From the NCBI GenBank assembly GCA_965116495.1, contig OZ220696.1, positions 832,001-896,000 of the forward strand: a DNA stretch of 64,000 nucleotides, given 5' to 3'. Position numbers and translations under genes: made by a program. Shown one piece after another: positions 38,022-48,469 of this stretch (its first letter is position 1; every line of letters begins with the position of its first letter). The stretch comes from Gammaproteobacteria bacterium. Its GTDB lineage: Bacteria > Pseudomonadota > Gammaproteobacteria > Eutrophobiales > Eutrophobiaceae. Under the pieces are notes generated by a model. The model was given only the letters and a program-made list of their open reading frames with translations, was not told the origin of the DNA and did no database searches.

Positions 38022-38978
38022 TTGTATTGCTCTCAAATCATTGGCTGTGGCGGTTATCTTCCAGAGCGGGTTATGCTCAACGCGGAACTGGAAAGCCTGG
38101 TGGAAACATCGGATGAATGGATCCGCTCGCGCACGGGCATAAAACAGAGGCACATTGCCCGGGAGGATGAAACCACGTCTGAAATGGCCTGCAATGCATC
38201 ATTACAGGCAATTGAAATGGCCGGCATCGAACTTGACACGATTAACCTGATTATCGTTGCCACGTCAACTCCCGATCTTATCTACCCCAGTACGGCCTGC
38301 CTGGTCCAGAAAAGGCTCGGTTTGCGCAACGGCGCCGCGGCATTTGATGTCCAGGCCGTTTGCTCCGGTTTTATTTACGCGTTGAGTATCGCAGATCAAT
38401 TTATCAGGTCCGGGACAATGCAGCGTGCTCTTATCATCGGCGCCGACATGAACTCCAGGATACTGGACTGGACGGACCGAGCGACCTGTGTGCTGTTCGG
38501 GGACGGCGCCGGCGCCGTTATCCTGGATAGAAGCAACACGCCAGGTGTCTACAAGACGTTACTGCATGCCGACGGCAGTTATAGCGACTACCTGCAGGTA
38601 CCGTCCGGGATTTCCCGCCCGACTCCTGAACCCTTCATCCGTATGCAGGGAAATGAAGTTTTCAAGTTTGCCGTTAAGGCAATGGATGAGATCGTGGAAG
38701 AAACGCTTGCACATACCGATTTGACAAAAAAGGATATAGACTGGCTCGTGCCCCACCAGGCAAACCGCAGAATAATAGCAGCTACCGTAAAAAAACTGGG
38801 TATGAGTATTGATGAAGTGATACTCACCGTTGCGGAACACGGCAATACTTCGGCGGCATCCATCCCCCTGGCCCTGGATATCGGTATTCGGGACGGCCGT
38901 ATCAAGCGGGGAGAAATCCTGTTTATGGAAGCCGTTGGCGGAGGGTTTACCTGGGGCTCCGCATTGATTCGATATTGA
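38022..38978 (+). CDS. fabH: 3-oxoacyl-ACP synthase III
   Basis: [20 protein letters not shown] triad. Confidence 0.97.
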   Translation: MYCSQIIGCGGYLPERVMLNAELESLVETSDEWIRSRTGIKQRHIAREDETTSEMACNASLQAIEMAGIELDTINLIIVATSTPDLIYPSTACLVQKRLGLRNGAAAFDVQAVCSGFIYALSIADQFIRSGTMQRALIIGADMNSRILDWTDRATCVLFGDGAGAVILDRSNTPGVYKTLLHADGSYSDYLQVPSGISRPTPEPFIRMQGNEVFKFAVKAMDEIVEETLAHTDLTKKDIDWLVPHQANRRIIAATVKKLGMSIDEVILTVAEHGNTSAASIPLALDIGIRDGRIKRGEILFMEAVGGGFTWGSALIRY

Positions 38979-38991
38979 TGATATCCGCGCT

Positions 38992-39924
38992 ATGAGTAAC
39001 GGTCTGGCATTCGTATTTCCCGGTCAGGGGTCCCAGTATGTGGGAATGCTCTCAGACCTGGCGGAAGACTTCCCGATTGTGGCCGATGTATTTTCCGAAG
39101 CATCGACTGAACTGGGTTATGACCTGCTGCCCGTGTGTCTCAACGGGCCGGAAGAACGGCTAAATCAAACGGAATACACCCAGCCCGCGCTATTGACGGC
39201 GGGTTATGCCATATGGCGTATCTGGCAGGAACAGGGAGGATTACGTCCTGAGTTCATGGCCGGTCATAGCCTGGGAGAATACACGGCCCTGGTCTGTGCC
39301 GGCGTTCTGGATTTTACCGACGCAGTCGGACTGATGGCGGAACGGGGACGGTTTATGCAGGAAGCAGTCCCCCGCGGCGCGGGGTCCATGGCGGCTGTTT
39401 CCGGACTGGATGATGCCGCGGTGATTGACGTGTGCGCCAGAGCCGCGCAGGATGAAGTCGTCTCTGCAGCTAATTTTAATTTCCCGGGGCAGGTGGTTAT
39501 TGCCGGCACTGCCGGGGCTGTGGAGCGCGCAGGCATACTGGCAAAGGAAGCAGGCGCACGGCGGGTCACACCGTTGGCAGTCAGCGTGCCGTCCCATTGC
39601 CGTTTAATGGCCCCTGCTGCGGACAGGTTGCAAAGACGTGTCAATGAGATAACGTTCACGCCTGCAAACATACCCGTTGTACAAAACACTGACGCCCGGG
39701 CCCGGACTGATCCCGATGATATCAGGCAGGCCCTGGTCTTACAGTTGCATCGTTCTGTCATGTGGTCGAAAAGCATAGCTGAAATTCAACAGCACGGTAT
39801 TAGCACGATGATAGAGTGTGGCCCCGGCAAGGTACTAAGCGGTTTGATCAGGCGTATAAGTAAAGATATAACCTGTATCAGTATCTCTGATACGGAATCC
39901 CTGAACTCGGCTTTGTCAAGGTAA
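38992..39924 (+). CDS. fabD: Malonyl-CoA:ACP transacylase
   Basis: FPGQGSQ, GHSLGEY, VSVPSH. Confidence 0.97.
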   Translation: MSNGLAFVFPGQGSQYVGMLSDLAEDFPIVADVFSEASTELGYDLLPVCLNGPEERLNQTEYTQPALLTAGYAIWRIWQEQGGLRPEFMAGHSLGEYTALVCAGVLDFTDAVGLMAERGRFMQEAVPRGAGSMAAVSGLDDAAVIDVCARAAQDEVVSAANFNFPGQVVIAGTAGAVERAGILAKEAGARRVTPLAVSVPSHCRLMAPAADRLQRRVNEITFTPANIPVVQNTDARARTDPDDIRQALVLQLHRSVMWSKSIAEIQQHGISTMIECGPGKVLSGLIRRISKDITCISISDTESLNSALSR

Positions 39925-40077
39925 TCCGCAGATGACGCAGATTAACGCAGACAAAAAAGATTTTTATTGACACATTTTAATTTTATCTGCCTTTCATCTC
40001 GGAAAGAACTTGCCAGGTCAACCAGATTTCGCCATGAAACAAAATATAATCTGCGTTAATCTGCGTTAATCTGCGGA
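39924..40077. repeat. CGCAGAT-family inverted-repeat element, copy 2
   Basis: Left arm 39924-39951 identical to 28 nt of copy 1; right arm 40049-40077; shares ATGAAACAAAATATAATCTGCG with copy 1. Confidence 0.85.
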
Positions 40078-40085
40078 AAAAAATT

Positions 40086-40835
40086 ATGAATAATCATCTC
40101 AAAGATCAGGTCGCGCTGGTAACAGGGGCGAGCAGGGGAATAGGAAAAGCAATTGCAGAGCGATTGGGCCAGGCAGGCGCCTATATCGCGGGCACGGCAA
40201 CAACTGAACAAGGTACGACCGGGATTGAGAATTTCTTCAAAGAGGCTGGAATAAACGGCCGGGGCTTTGTACTGGATATCAGCTCAAATGAATCTGTAGC
40301 CGGGCTGAGTGAATCCTTGAATGCAGCCGGTTTAACGCCGTCAATCCTGGTTAATAACGCAGGCATCACCCGGGATAACCTGATGATGAGAATGAAACAA
40401 CAGGAATGGGATGAAGTCATCGACACCAACTTGAACTCGGTTTATCGTTTGACGAAACTGTGCCTGCGCAATATGGTAAAAGCGCGTTATGGCCGGATCA
40501 TTAATATCACTTCCGTGGTAGCCCTGTCGGGGAACCCCGGACAGGCCAATTATGTTGCCGCCAAGTCGGGTATAATAGGTTTTACCCGGGCATTGGCGAA
40601 GGAAATCGGCAGTCGGGGCATCACTGTCAACTGTGTAGCTCCCGGCTTTATAGAAACGGACATGACGGCAGGACTTGCTGCCGGGCAACGCGAGAAATTA
40701 CTGGAGCAAATTCCCCTGGGCCGACTCGGTCTTGCCGGCGATATTGCGTATGCCGTCGAGTTTATTGCATCCACAGCTGCCGGCTATATCACCGGCGAAG
40801 TACTGAACGTAAATGGTGGAATGTACATGGCGTGA
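40086..40835 (+). CDS. fabG: 3-oxoacyl-ACP reductase
   Basis: TGASRGIG, NNAGITRD, YVAAK. Confidence 0.97.
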   Translation: MNNHLKDQVALVTGASRGIGKAIAERLGQAGAYIAGTATTEQGTTGIENFFKEAGINGRGFVLDISSNESVAGLSESLNAAGLTPSILVNNAGITRDNLMMRMKQQEWDEVIDTNLNSVYRLTKLCLRNMVKARYGRIINITSVVALSGNPGQANYVAAKSGIIGFTRALAKEIGSRGITVNCVAPGFIETDMTAGLAAGQREKLLEQIPLGRLGLAGDIAYAVEFIASTAAGYITGEVLNVNGGMYMA

Positions 40836-41007
40836 TCTATAATTCCAGTTTGATTTCAAATTGAGACTATATTGTTTTAGGACTATAATATATTCAGTTA
40901 TTCATGAAGAGCTGTCTGAGTTAACAAAAATAACTTGAACGCAGGGAAGTTTTAGCTTATCGTACACCCGCTTTCGGTCTTGGTACCGTGGAAGGAGGAT
41001 ATATCAC

Positions 41008-41244
41008 ATGAGCAACGTTGAAGAACGAGTGATGAAAATCATTGTAGAGCAACTGGGGGTAAAAGAGGAAGAAGTTACCAGTGAAGCATCGTTTGTTGAT
41101 GACCTTGGAGCTGATTCACTCGATACAGTTGAGTTGGTAATGGCCCTGGAAGAAGAGTTTAAGATTGAAATACCTGATGAGGATGCAGAAAAGATAACAA
41201 CTGTACAACAGGCAATCGACTATATTGATACACATCTTGAATAA
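41008..41244 (+). CDS. acpP: Acyl carrier protein
   Basis: [14 protein letters not shown] phosphopantetheine site. Confidence 0.98.
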   Translation: MSNVEERVMKIIVEQLGVKEEEVTSEASFVDDLGADSLDTVELVMALEEEFKIEIPDEDAEKITTVQQAIDYIDTHLE

Positions 41245-41266
41245 CTGCCGTAAATAAGTCCTTGAC

Positions 41267-41304
41267 AAGGCCGCTTCACAGGTTCATCTAAAGCGGCCTT
41301 TTTT
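41267..41304 (+). terminator. Putative intrinsic terminator after acpP
   Basis: Stem AAGGCCGCTT / AAGCGGCCTT (14-nt loop) followed by a T run. Confidence 0.65.
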
Positions 41305-41332
41305 CATTCATCCCATTGATGTTTTCCATACC

Positions 41333-42571
41333 GTGAACAAACGAAGAGTTGTAATTACCGGCCTTGGTCTGGTAACTCCTCTGGGTAATAGTGTCGAAGA
41401 ATCCTGGAACAATATCCTGGCAGGAAACAGTGGTGTTTCCGCAATTACGCACTTTGATGCAAGTGCCTTTTCGGTCAGGCTCTCGGGCTCGGTAAGGAAT
41501 TTTGAACTGGATTCCTATATCCCGAGAAAAGAACAAAAAAAAATGAGCACCTTCATACATTACGGTATGGCGGCAGGGATACAGGCGGTAGAACACGCGG
41601 GGATAGACGCGGAAGATCTTGACCCGTACCGGGTCGGCGTCACTATCGGCTCAGGCATAGGGGGTATCTACGGTATAGAAAAAGGGACAGAGAATATCCT
41701 GAACAACGGTCCCAGAAAGATCTCGCCGTTCTATGTGCCGAGTAATATCATCAATATGATTTCCGGCAACCTGTCAATCCGTTACGGTTTCAAGGGACCT
41801 AACTACTGCATTGTCACGGCATGCTCAACCGGGACTCATAACATAGGCGATGCGGCCCGGGTCATTGAGTACGGTGATGCCGACGTAATGGTCGCCGGCG
41901 GGGCCGAATATGCATCTTCGCCTACCTCCCTGGCCGGATTTGCCAACGCAAAAGCATTATCCACTCGTAATGACGAACCGGAAAAGGCAAGCCGCCCCTG
42001 GGACAGGGACCGGGATGGATTTGTGCTAAGTGACGGAGCAGGCGCCATAGTACTGGAGGAACTCGAACATGCCAGGGCAAGGGGCGCCGATATGTATGCA
42101 GAACTCACCGGCTACGGCATGAGTGGAGACGCCTATCATATGACTGCCCCCTCCGAGAATGGTGAAGGTGCAGTGCGCTGCATGCAGAATGCACTCAATA
42201 ACGCATGCATCGACAAAACCAGCATTGATTATATCAATGCCCACGGCACGTCGACACCGGCCGGCGACGTTATCGAAAGTAATGCAATCAAACAGGCTTT
42301 TGGTGAGCATGCAAAGCAATTGGCCGTCAGTTCCACAAAATCCATGTGTGGCCACATGCTTGGGGCCGCCGGCAGCGTAGAGGCCGTATTCTGCACCCTG
42401 GCTTTGCATAACCAGGTGGCGCCGCCCACCATCAACCTGGACAACCCCGACCCGGCCTGTGATCTGGATTATGTGCCCCATGAGGCGCGCAGCATGAAAT
42501 TGAACTACGTTATGTCCAATTCATTTGGTTTTGGCGGTACGAACGGGTGTATTATCCTGAAAAGAATCTAG
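41333..42571 (+). CDS. fabF: 3-oxoacyl-ACP synthase II
   Basis: TACSTG, NAHGTST, GHMLGAAG, NSFGFGG. Confidence 0.97.
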   Translation: MNKRRVVITGLGLVTPLGNSVEESWNNILAGNSGVSAITHFDASAFSVRLSGSVRNFELDSYIPRKEQKKMSTFIHYGMAAGIQAVEHAGIDAEDLDPYRVGVTIGSGIGGIYGIEKGTENILNNGPRKISPFYVPSNIINMISGNLSIRYGFKGPNYCIVTACSTGTHNIGDAARVIEYGDADVMVAGGAEYASSPTSLAGFANAKALSTRNDEPEKASRPWDRDRDGFVLSDGAGAIVLEELEHARARGADMYAELTGYGMSGDAYHMTAPSENGEGAVRCMQNALNNACIDKTSIDYINAHGTSTPAGDVIESNAIKQAFGEHAKQLAVSSTKSMCGHMLGAAGSVEAVFCTLALHNQVAPPTINLDNPDPACDLDYVPHEARSMKLNYVMSNSFGFGGTNGCIILKRI

Positions 42572-42604
42572 TGGTCTTTCAATTTGATATTGCCGGATAA
42601 ATAC

Positions 42605-42743
42605 CATTCCCGTGCAAACGGGAATCCAGTTGATAAAACAATCTTTTATAAGGAAGAACTGGCTGACCGGATTCCGGGCCTGCCCCTGTATGGAGTTGAG
42701 CAGGGGCCAGGCATGTCCCGGCGAAAGCCGGGCCCGGAATGAC
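42605..42743. repeat. ATTCCC-N8-GGGAAT palindrome pair with nested hairpins
   Basis: ATTCCCGTGCAAACGGGAAT at 42606-42625; partner GGATTCCGGGCC...GGCCCGGAATGAC encloses CCCCTG..CAGGGG and CCCGGCGAAAGCCGGG hairpins. Confidence 0.75.
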
Positions 42744-42751
42744 GAGTCGTT

Positions 42752-43582
42752 GTGATTGACGCACTGGTCAACGGTAAGCCTGGCGACGTCATCTCCGTTC
42801 AGGATCGCGGCCTTCAGTTCGGTGACGGCGTGTTCGAAACCATCGCCGTCAAGTCCGGCGAACTGCTTTGCCGGAAGGCGCATTTTGATCGGCTTGAAGC
42901 GGGTTGCCGACATCTATCAATAGTCTGCCCGGACAGAAGCCTGCTGGAACAAGAGGCAGTGAGGCTTTGTGAGTCGCTTGATTCAGCAGTACTCAAGGTC
43001 GTAGTTACCCGGGGAACGGGAGGACGCGGTTTTCAGCCTCCTGAAAATATTTCCGCGAACAGGATACTTACGGTCCATAACCGGCCGGTATATCCCTCAG
43101 CCTATTATAACGAAGGCATAGAATCCTATATTTGCCGGCGCCGCATCACCCATCATCCCGACCTGGGCGGCGTCAAACACCTGAACCGGCTGGACCAGGT
43201 GCTCCTGCGTCAAGAGATTGCCACTACGCCATACCCTGAAGGGGTAGTGCTTGACCCGTACGACAACGTAATTGAAGGTTCCATGAGCAACCTGTTCATG
43301 GTAAAACAGGGAAAGTTGATCACTCCCGACCTGGCCCGCTGCGGCATAGCAGGGGTGATAAGAAAATCGATCATTGAACTGAATGAGATGGCAGGCGCTG
43401 AAACCGGCATCAGGGCAATCAAAGCCGAAGAATTATATGAGGCAGATGAGGTATTCTATTGCAACAGTCTGATAGGGATCTGGCCGGTAAGACGCATTGA
43501 TCACAAGAGGTACAACAACATCGATGTAAGCCTCGGGATCATGAGGAAATTAATGGCCAATAATCTTATAGCAGCCATATGA
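42752..43582 (+). CDS. pabC: Aminodeoxychorismate lyase
   Basis: DRGLQFGDGVFET, KHLNRL, EGSMSNLF. Confidence 0.95.
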   Translation: MIDALVNGKPGDVISVQDRGLQFGDGVFETIAVKSGELLCRKAHFDRLEAGCRHLSIVCPDRSLLEQEAVRLCESLDSAVLKVVVTRGTGGRGFQPPENISANRILTVHNRPVYPSAYYNEGIESYICRRRITHHPDLGGVKHLNRLDQVLLRQEIATTPYPEGVVLDPYDNVIEGSMSNLFMVKQGKLITPDLARCGIAGVIRKSIIELNEMAGAETGIRAIKAEELYEADEVFYCNSLIGIWPVRRIDHKRYNNIDVSLGIMRKLMANNLIAAI

Positions 43583-44571
43583 GGAAAGTACTGATCATCC
43601 CCGGTGCGCTTGTCGCCCTGGCTGTATGGTGGCTGTACCAGGATATGCAGCAACGGTTGAATTTACCGTTGAAGATAGACGGACCGGAATATTTTTCAAT
43701 AGAAACCGGCATGTCCCTGCTCACCGTTGCTGAGGGTGTGGCGGCGCGGGGCTGGTTTGATTATCCCCTGTATTTGCAGCTTGAGGGAAAAATCCGGGGT
43801 GTTGACGGCTTGATCAAAGCCGGCCAGTACCGGGTGGAGACTGGTACCACTGCCTTGTCATTTCTGGAGATGATTGTAGCCGGCAGGGTGTCCCAGCATT
43901 CGTTAACGCTGCTGGAAGGCTGGACATTCAGACATATCATGACGGCATTACATGAAAACAGGTATATCAGGAAAGTGTTAACGTCAACAAAACCTGAACG
44001 CGTCATGATACAAATCGGCTACCCCGGATACGCCGCTGAGGGACGGTTTTTCCCCGATACCTATTATTTTCCTGCAGGCACCACTGACGCGGAATTTCTG
44101 CTCCGGGCGTTCAGACAGATGGAGACGGTATTAAACGAGGAATGGCAGCAACGCATGGGTGGACTACCGTATCGATCGCCTTATGAAGCCTTGATCATGG
44201 CGTCACTGGTAGAAAAGGAAACGGCAGTTGCCGACGAAAGAGAGAAAATTGCCGGCGTATTCGTACGCCGACTTGAAAAAAACATAAAACTGCAGGCAGA
44301 CCCCACCGTGATTTATGCCCTGGGAGAAAGCTATGACGGGGATATACGGCGTAAGGACCTGGAATTTGATTCTCCGTTTAACACTTATCGTTACAAGGGA
44401 TTGCCGCCTGCGCCCATCGCCGCAGCCGGAAGGGCATCGATTCGCGCTGCGCTGCAACCGGAACCCGGAACGGCATTATATTTTGTCGCTACCGGGGAAA
44501 ATGGCCGCCACTACTTTTCCGAGACTCTTGCGGAACACAACAGGGCGGTGGCGAAATATCAAATTCGATGA
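43579..44571 (+). CDS. mltG: Endolytic transglycosylase MltG
   Basis: EGRFFPDTY, ASLVEKET, LQADPTVIY, SPFNTY..GLPP. Confidence 0.95.
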   Translation: MRKVLIIPGALVALAVWWLYQDMQQRLNLPLKIDGPEYFSIETGMSLLTVAEGVAARGWFDYPLYLQLEGKIRGVDGLIKAGQYRVETGTTALSFLEMIVAGRVSQHSLTLLEGWTFRHIMTALHENRYIRKVLTSTKPERVMIQIGYPGYAAEGRFFPDTYYFPAGTTDAEFLLRAFRQMETVLNEEWQQRMGGLPYRSPYEALIMASLVEKETAVADEREKIAGVFVRRLEKNIKLQADPTVIYALGESYDGDIRRKDLEFDSPFNTYRYKGLPPAPIAAAGRASIRAALQPEPGTALYFVATGENGRHYFSETLAEHNRAVAKYQIR

Positions 44572-45194
44572 CAGGGTTTTTCATCACATTTGAAGGCATA
44601 GAGGGAGTGGGTAAAACCACACAGGTTCAAAAAGCCTTTGACCTGCTGTCAACAAAAAATCCGGACAAAGTCATCCAGACCCGGGAACCTGGCGGAACCC
44701 GTACGGGCGAGGCCATCCGTAATGTAATTTTACAGGGTAATACCGACAGGATTGACGGAATAACCGAGATGCTGCTGGTATTTGCTGCCCGCCGCCAACA
44801 TATCCAGGAGCTTATCATTCCCTCGCTGGCTGCCGGCAGGATTATATTGTGCGACCGGTTTACCGATGCGACGTTTGCCTACCAGGGAGGCGGCCGCGGG
44901 GTAGATGAACAATTGATAACCTGGCTGCAGGATACCGTGCAGGGCACGCTGAGACCGGACCTGACTTTATTACTTGACGCTCCGCCGGAGATCGGTCTGG
45001 CGCGTATCAGGGAACGGAGTGAACCTGATCGTTTTGAGACAGAAACCATGAATTTTTTTCAGCGGGTCCGGCACAGGTACCTGGAAATGGCTGAAACGTA
45101 TCCTGACAGGATCCATATTATAGACGCAGCGCGGGAAGCCGATGAAGTAACACGGGAAATTCGAACCGTGCTTGAAGCGATGAATTTATGTTGA
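44568..45194 (+). CDS. tmk: Thymidylate kinase
   Basis: FEGIEGVGKTT, TREPGGT, CDRFTDATFAYQ. Confidence 0.97.
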   Translation: MTGFFITFEGIEGVGKTTQVQKAFDLLSTKNPDKVIQTREPGGTRTGEAIRNVILQGNTDRIDGITEMLLVFAARRQHIQELIIPSLAAGRIILCDRFTDATFAYQGGGRGVDEQLITWLQDTVQGTLRPDLTLLLDAPPEIGLARIRERSEPDRFETETMNFFQRVRHRYLEMAETYPDRIHIIDAAREADEVTREIRTVLEAMNLC

Positions 45195-45234
45195 TTTTCC
45201 CGCCTGGCGTACCGGCCTGTGGAAACCGCGACTG

Positions 45235-46212
45235 ATGCCTTATCCCTGGCAGACAAGTCAATGGCGCCGGCTCAGCCTTGCCGTGGACCAGGACAGGCTG
45301 GCCCATGCCGTCTTGCTGAACGGAACAGAAGGATCCGGCATCCTGCAATTTGCGCTGGAGTTTGCTCAATTTTTGTTGTGTGAAGCGGTTACCCGGACAA
45401 TGGCATGTGGCGAATGCCGTTCGTGTTTACTGTTCAATGCCGGCAACCATCCTGATATCAGGCTGCTAAGCCCTGAGGAGAACAGTACGCAAATCAAGGT
45501 GGATGCCGTCCGTGAACTGATATCTTACCTGCAACTCAGCAGCCACTACGACAGGTATAAAATCGCCATTATCGAGCCTGCGGAGGGAATGAACCGGCAT
45601 TCGGCCAACAGCCTGCTGAAAACCCTGGAGGAACCGTCAGCCTCTACGATACTGATACTGATCTCGTACCAACCGGCCAGTCTGCCTGTGACCATACGCA
45701 GCCGCTGCCAGAAAATCAGTTTCAACCAGATCGACCGACAACTGGCTTCCGACTGGTTGAACGAGCAGGTAGGTGACCCCGAAAAGTCCGCCTTGTTGCT
45801 TGATCTGGCCGAAGGAGCGCCGCTTAAGGCACTGGCTTTGAATGAAACAGATACCGTGCAGGAACGGCAGGAGATACTGGCGGATTTGCACGAAGCCTGC
45901 AGGGCGAACACGGACCCGGTGAAAATTGCTGAAAAATGGCAGAAGCGTGACGTAGCCGCAGTATTGGGCTGGCTGCTTGCAATATTCAGTAAAACGGCCG
46001 CCATGCACTGTTCAGGAGCCCGGAAACATGCCGGTAAACACTTCATTGACAGGGAACTGTACTGTCTGGTAAACGGTTTGGACCTCTCACAGATAATCGG
46101 GTGCTATGATCTGATACTGAGGAACTATGATCTGGTAACAGGAGAGGCCAACCTGAATAAACAAGCCTTGCTGGAAGAAATCATCGTACACTGGCAAACA
46201 ATCCACACATAA
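45235..46212 (+). CDS. holB: DNA polymerase III delta prime subunit
   Basis: C..CGECRSC zinc module, HPD, ANSLLKTLEEP, TIRSRCQ. Confidence 0.95.
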   Translation: MPYPWQTSQWRRLSLAVDQDRLAHAVLLNGTEGSGILQFALEFAQFLLCEAVTRTMACGECRSCLLFNAGNHPDIRLLSPEENSTQIKVDAVRELISYLQLSSHYDRYKIAIIEPAEGMNRHSANSLLKTLEEPSASTILILISYQPASLPVTIRSRCQKISFNQIDRQLASDWLNEQVGDPEKSALLLDLAEGAPLKALALNETDTVQERQEILADLHEACRANTDPVKIAEKWQKRDVAAVLGWLLAIFSKTAAMHCSGARKHAGKHFIDRELYCLVNGLDLSQIIGCYDLILRNYDLVTGEANLNKQALLEEIIVHWQTIHT

Positions 46213-46215
46213 ATC

Positions 46216-46270
46216 ATCCGCAGATTACGCAGATGAACGCAGATTTAGTATATGTTATAAGCGGATAAAT
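46216..46270. repeat. Collapsed third copy of the CGCAGAT-family element
   Basis: ATCCGCAGATTACGCAGATGAACGCAGAT at 46216-46244, plus residual right end GCGGATAAAT at 46261-46270. Confidence 0.75.
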
Positions 46271-46275
46271 AACAC

Positions 46276-47046
46276 ATGCAAAGCCCGTATTTAGTCGATT
46301 CGCATTGCCATATCCCTCTGATTGAAATGGACGGTGGTGCGGACAGCGTAATCAGGACGGCACAGGAAGCCGGGGTGGGGCATATGCTGTGCGTATCAAT
46401 CGATCTTGATTCTTTCCCCGAAATTAAACGACTTGCCACATCCTACCCTTGTGTTTCCGCTTCGGCGGGTGTACACCCGAATTCTGCCAGGGAAATCGAA
46501 TTATCGGAAAAAATCCTGCTGGAACTCGCAGACGACCCAGCGGTGGTCGCCATCGGGGAAACAGGACTGGATTATTTCAGAAGCCAGGGAGACCTCGATT
46601 GGCAGAGGCAGCGGTTTCGTATTCATATCAGGGCTGCCCGGGAGATTAACAAACCGCTGATCATCCACAGTCGCGAAGCCAGGGGAGACGTCATCAAAAT
46701 CCTGACAGAAGAGGGCGCGCAAGCAGTGGGTGGGGTAATGCACTGTTACGTTGATGACCTGGATACCGCAAAACAGGCCATCGACCTGAATTTCCATATC
46801 TCCTTTTCCGGCATCGTTACCTTTCGCAATGCGCAGGCGCTCCAGGATGTAGCCAGACAGGTACCCCTGGACAGGGTCCTGGTCGAAACCGACTCCCCCT
46901 ACCTGGCGCCGGTTCCCTACCGCGGCAAGCAGAATCAACCGGCCTATGTACGCTTTGTCGCGGAAAAAATTGCCGAATTACAGCAGGTAGAACTGTCAGA
47001 AGTAATGTCAATTACCACGCAAAATTATAATAATTTGTTCCTCTGA
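46276..47046 (+). CDS. tatD: TatD family hydrolase
   Basis: DSHCH, GVHP, IGETGLDY, IIHSR, VETDSPYLAP. Confidence 0.93.
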   Translation: MQSPYLVDSHCHIPLIEMDGGADSVIRTAQEAGVGHMLCVSIDLDSFPEIKRLATSYPCVSASAGVHPNSAREIELSEKILLELADDPAVVAIGETGLDYFRSQGDLDWQRQRFRIHIRAAREINKPLIIHSREARGDVIKILTEEGAQAVGGVMHCYVDDLDTAKQAIDLNFHISFSGIVTFRNAQALQDVARQVPLDRVLVETDSPYLAPVPYRGKQNQPAYVRFVAEKIAELQQVELSEVMSITTQNYNNLFL

Positions 47047-47410
47047 TAATAATCATATATATATCATACAATTAAATTCATAATATCAAGCGCATTATCA
47101 ATATTCTGCATACTGGTATAGTAATGCGGTGAAAAGCGGATGGCGCCGCCGCGATGGGCGCATATAACCTGGTTTTGCAATAGTCGTTTATGTAGTTCGC
47201 GCAGGTCGACACCGGCTATTTTAAAAGCAATAATACCCGACGTCCCCCGGGAAACAACAGAAGTTGACCCATGCCACTACGCGAACGCTGTTCGAAGCCC
47301 TGAATAGCCAGCGTGAATTATTGGTTCAGGAAACGCCTGAAGTGGCCACTGTACGCGCCGAAGCGGCGAGCAGCGCCTGAACCAGCTGCTGACTAACCTG
47401 GAGTAATGTG

Positions 47411-48469
47411 ATGAATCGAACAACCATATCCGATACCGTACATCTTGTCGGCAGTATCGCCATGGACAACTGTGAGCAGGTTTTTCGTGAGATCAGCGCA
47501 GAACTGGGCCCGTACCTGGACAAAATACCGGATGGTGAAACGGGCGAACGGGCGCGCTGGATATTCTTTCAAAGAAAAATGCTGATGGAACATCCCGCCA
47601 TGGAAATCGATCCGACGGTGCCGGAAATGGCATTGCACCAGTGGGACGGTAAATTCCTGCGTTCCCTGCCGCTGTTGCGTTTCAGGAAAGAGGTAAATCC
47701 GGATGACGTGGAATTTGCAACCGGTTACGACAAGGCAGCAGAATATTCTTATGGTATATTCAAGAAACTGCGCGCTGGGGGCGTGATCCCGGACCATGTG
47801 CGCTTTCAGGTCTGCCTGCCCACGCCCATGGCCAGCGCTTACATGTACGTCAGCCACAAGGCCTATGACGACTACCTGCGCGTCTACCTGGAATCACTGT
47901 TAAATGCGCTGAACTGGATACTGGATAATATCCCCCACGAAGACCTGTGCATACAGTATGACGTGTGCCAGGAAGTCCTCATCTTCGAGAATTACTTCCC
48001 GCATCGACCCCCCGATTACGAGGAGCAGATCTTTGCCGAACTGGCCATACTGGGCGACTCCGTTCCGGCGGACGTCAAAATGGGTTACCACCTGTGTTAC
48101 GGCACCCCTAACGATGAACACCTGGTCATGCCCGGGGATGCGGGAATACTGGTGGAACTGATGAACGGCATTACTGCCGGCGTCAGACGCCAGGTGGATT
48201 TTTTGCATATCCCGGTGCCGAAGGACCGGACCGACCCTGCATACTTCAAACCGCTAAATCAGTTCAAGGGCGATACGAGACTTTATTTCGGCTTGATACA
48301 TCATGATGATGAAGAGGGTGACCTGCAACGTATAGAGGTGGTTAAGAACTTTATAACCGATTTCGGGGTAGGTACTGAGTGCGGCTGGGGCCGTACCGAC
48401 CCGAAACGTGTCCCGGGTCTGCTTAGCAGCCACAGGAAAGCGGCAGAGGCCTTGTCCGGCCAGTACTAG
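47411..48469 (+). CDS. Uncharacterised MetE/UROD-fold putative zinc enzyme
   Basis: HLVGS, IPDGETGER..WI, GYHLCYG (HxC) and TECGWGR; resembles a single MetE catalytic barrel. Confidence 0.6.
   Translation: MNRTTISDTVHLVGSIAMDNCEQVFREISAELGPYLDKIPDGETGERARWIFFQRKMLMEHPAMEIDPTVPEMALHQWDGKFLRSLPLLRFRKEVNPDDVEFATGYDKAAEYSYGIFKKLRAGGVIPDHVRFQVCLPTPMASAYMYVSHKAYDDYLRVYLESLLNALNWILDNIPHEDLCIQYDVCQEVLIFENYFPHRPPDYEEQIFAELAILGDSVPADVKMGYHLCYGTPNDEHLVMPGDAGILVELMNGITAGVRRQVDFLHIPVPKDRTDPAYFKPLNQFKGDTRLYFGLIHHDDEEGDLQRIEVVKNFITDFGVGTECGWGRTDPKRVPGLLSSHRKAAEALSGQY

Noticed and set aside
47047-47407. Possible ncRNA or gene remnant between tatD and the MetE-like gene
   Set aside because: AT-rich start then coding-like sequence with short frames, but I could not assign a family or structure.
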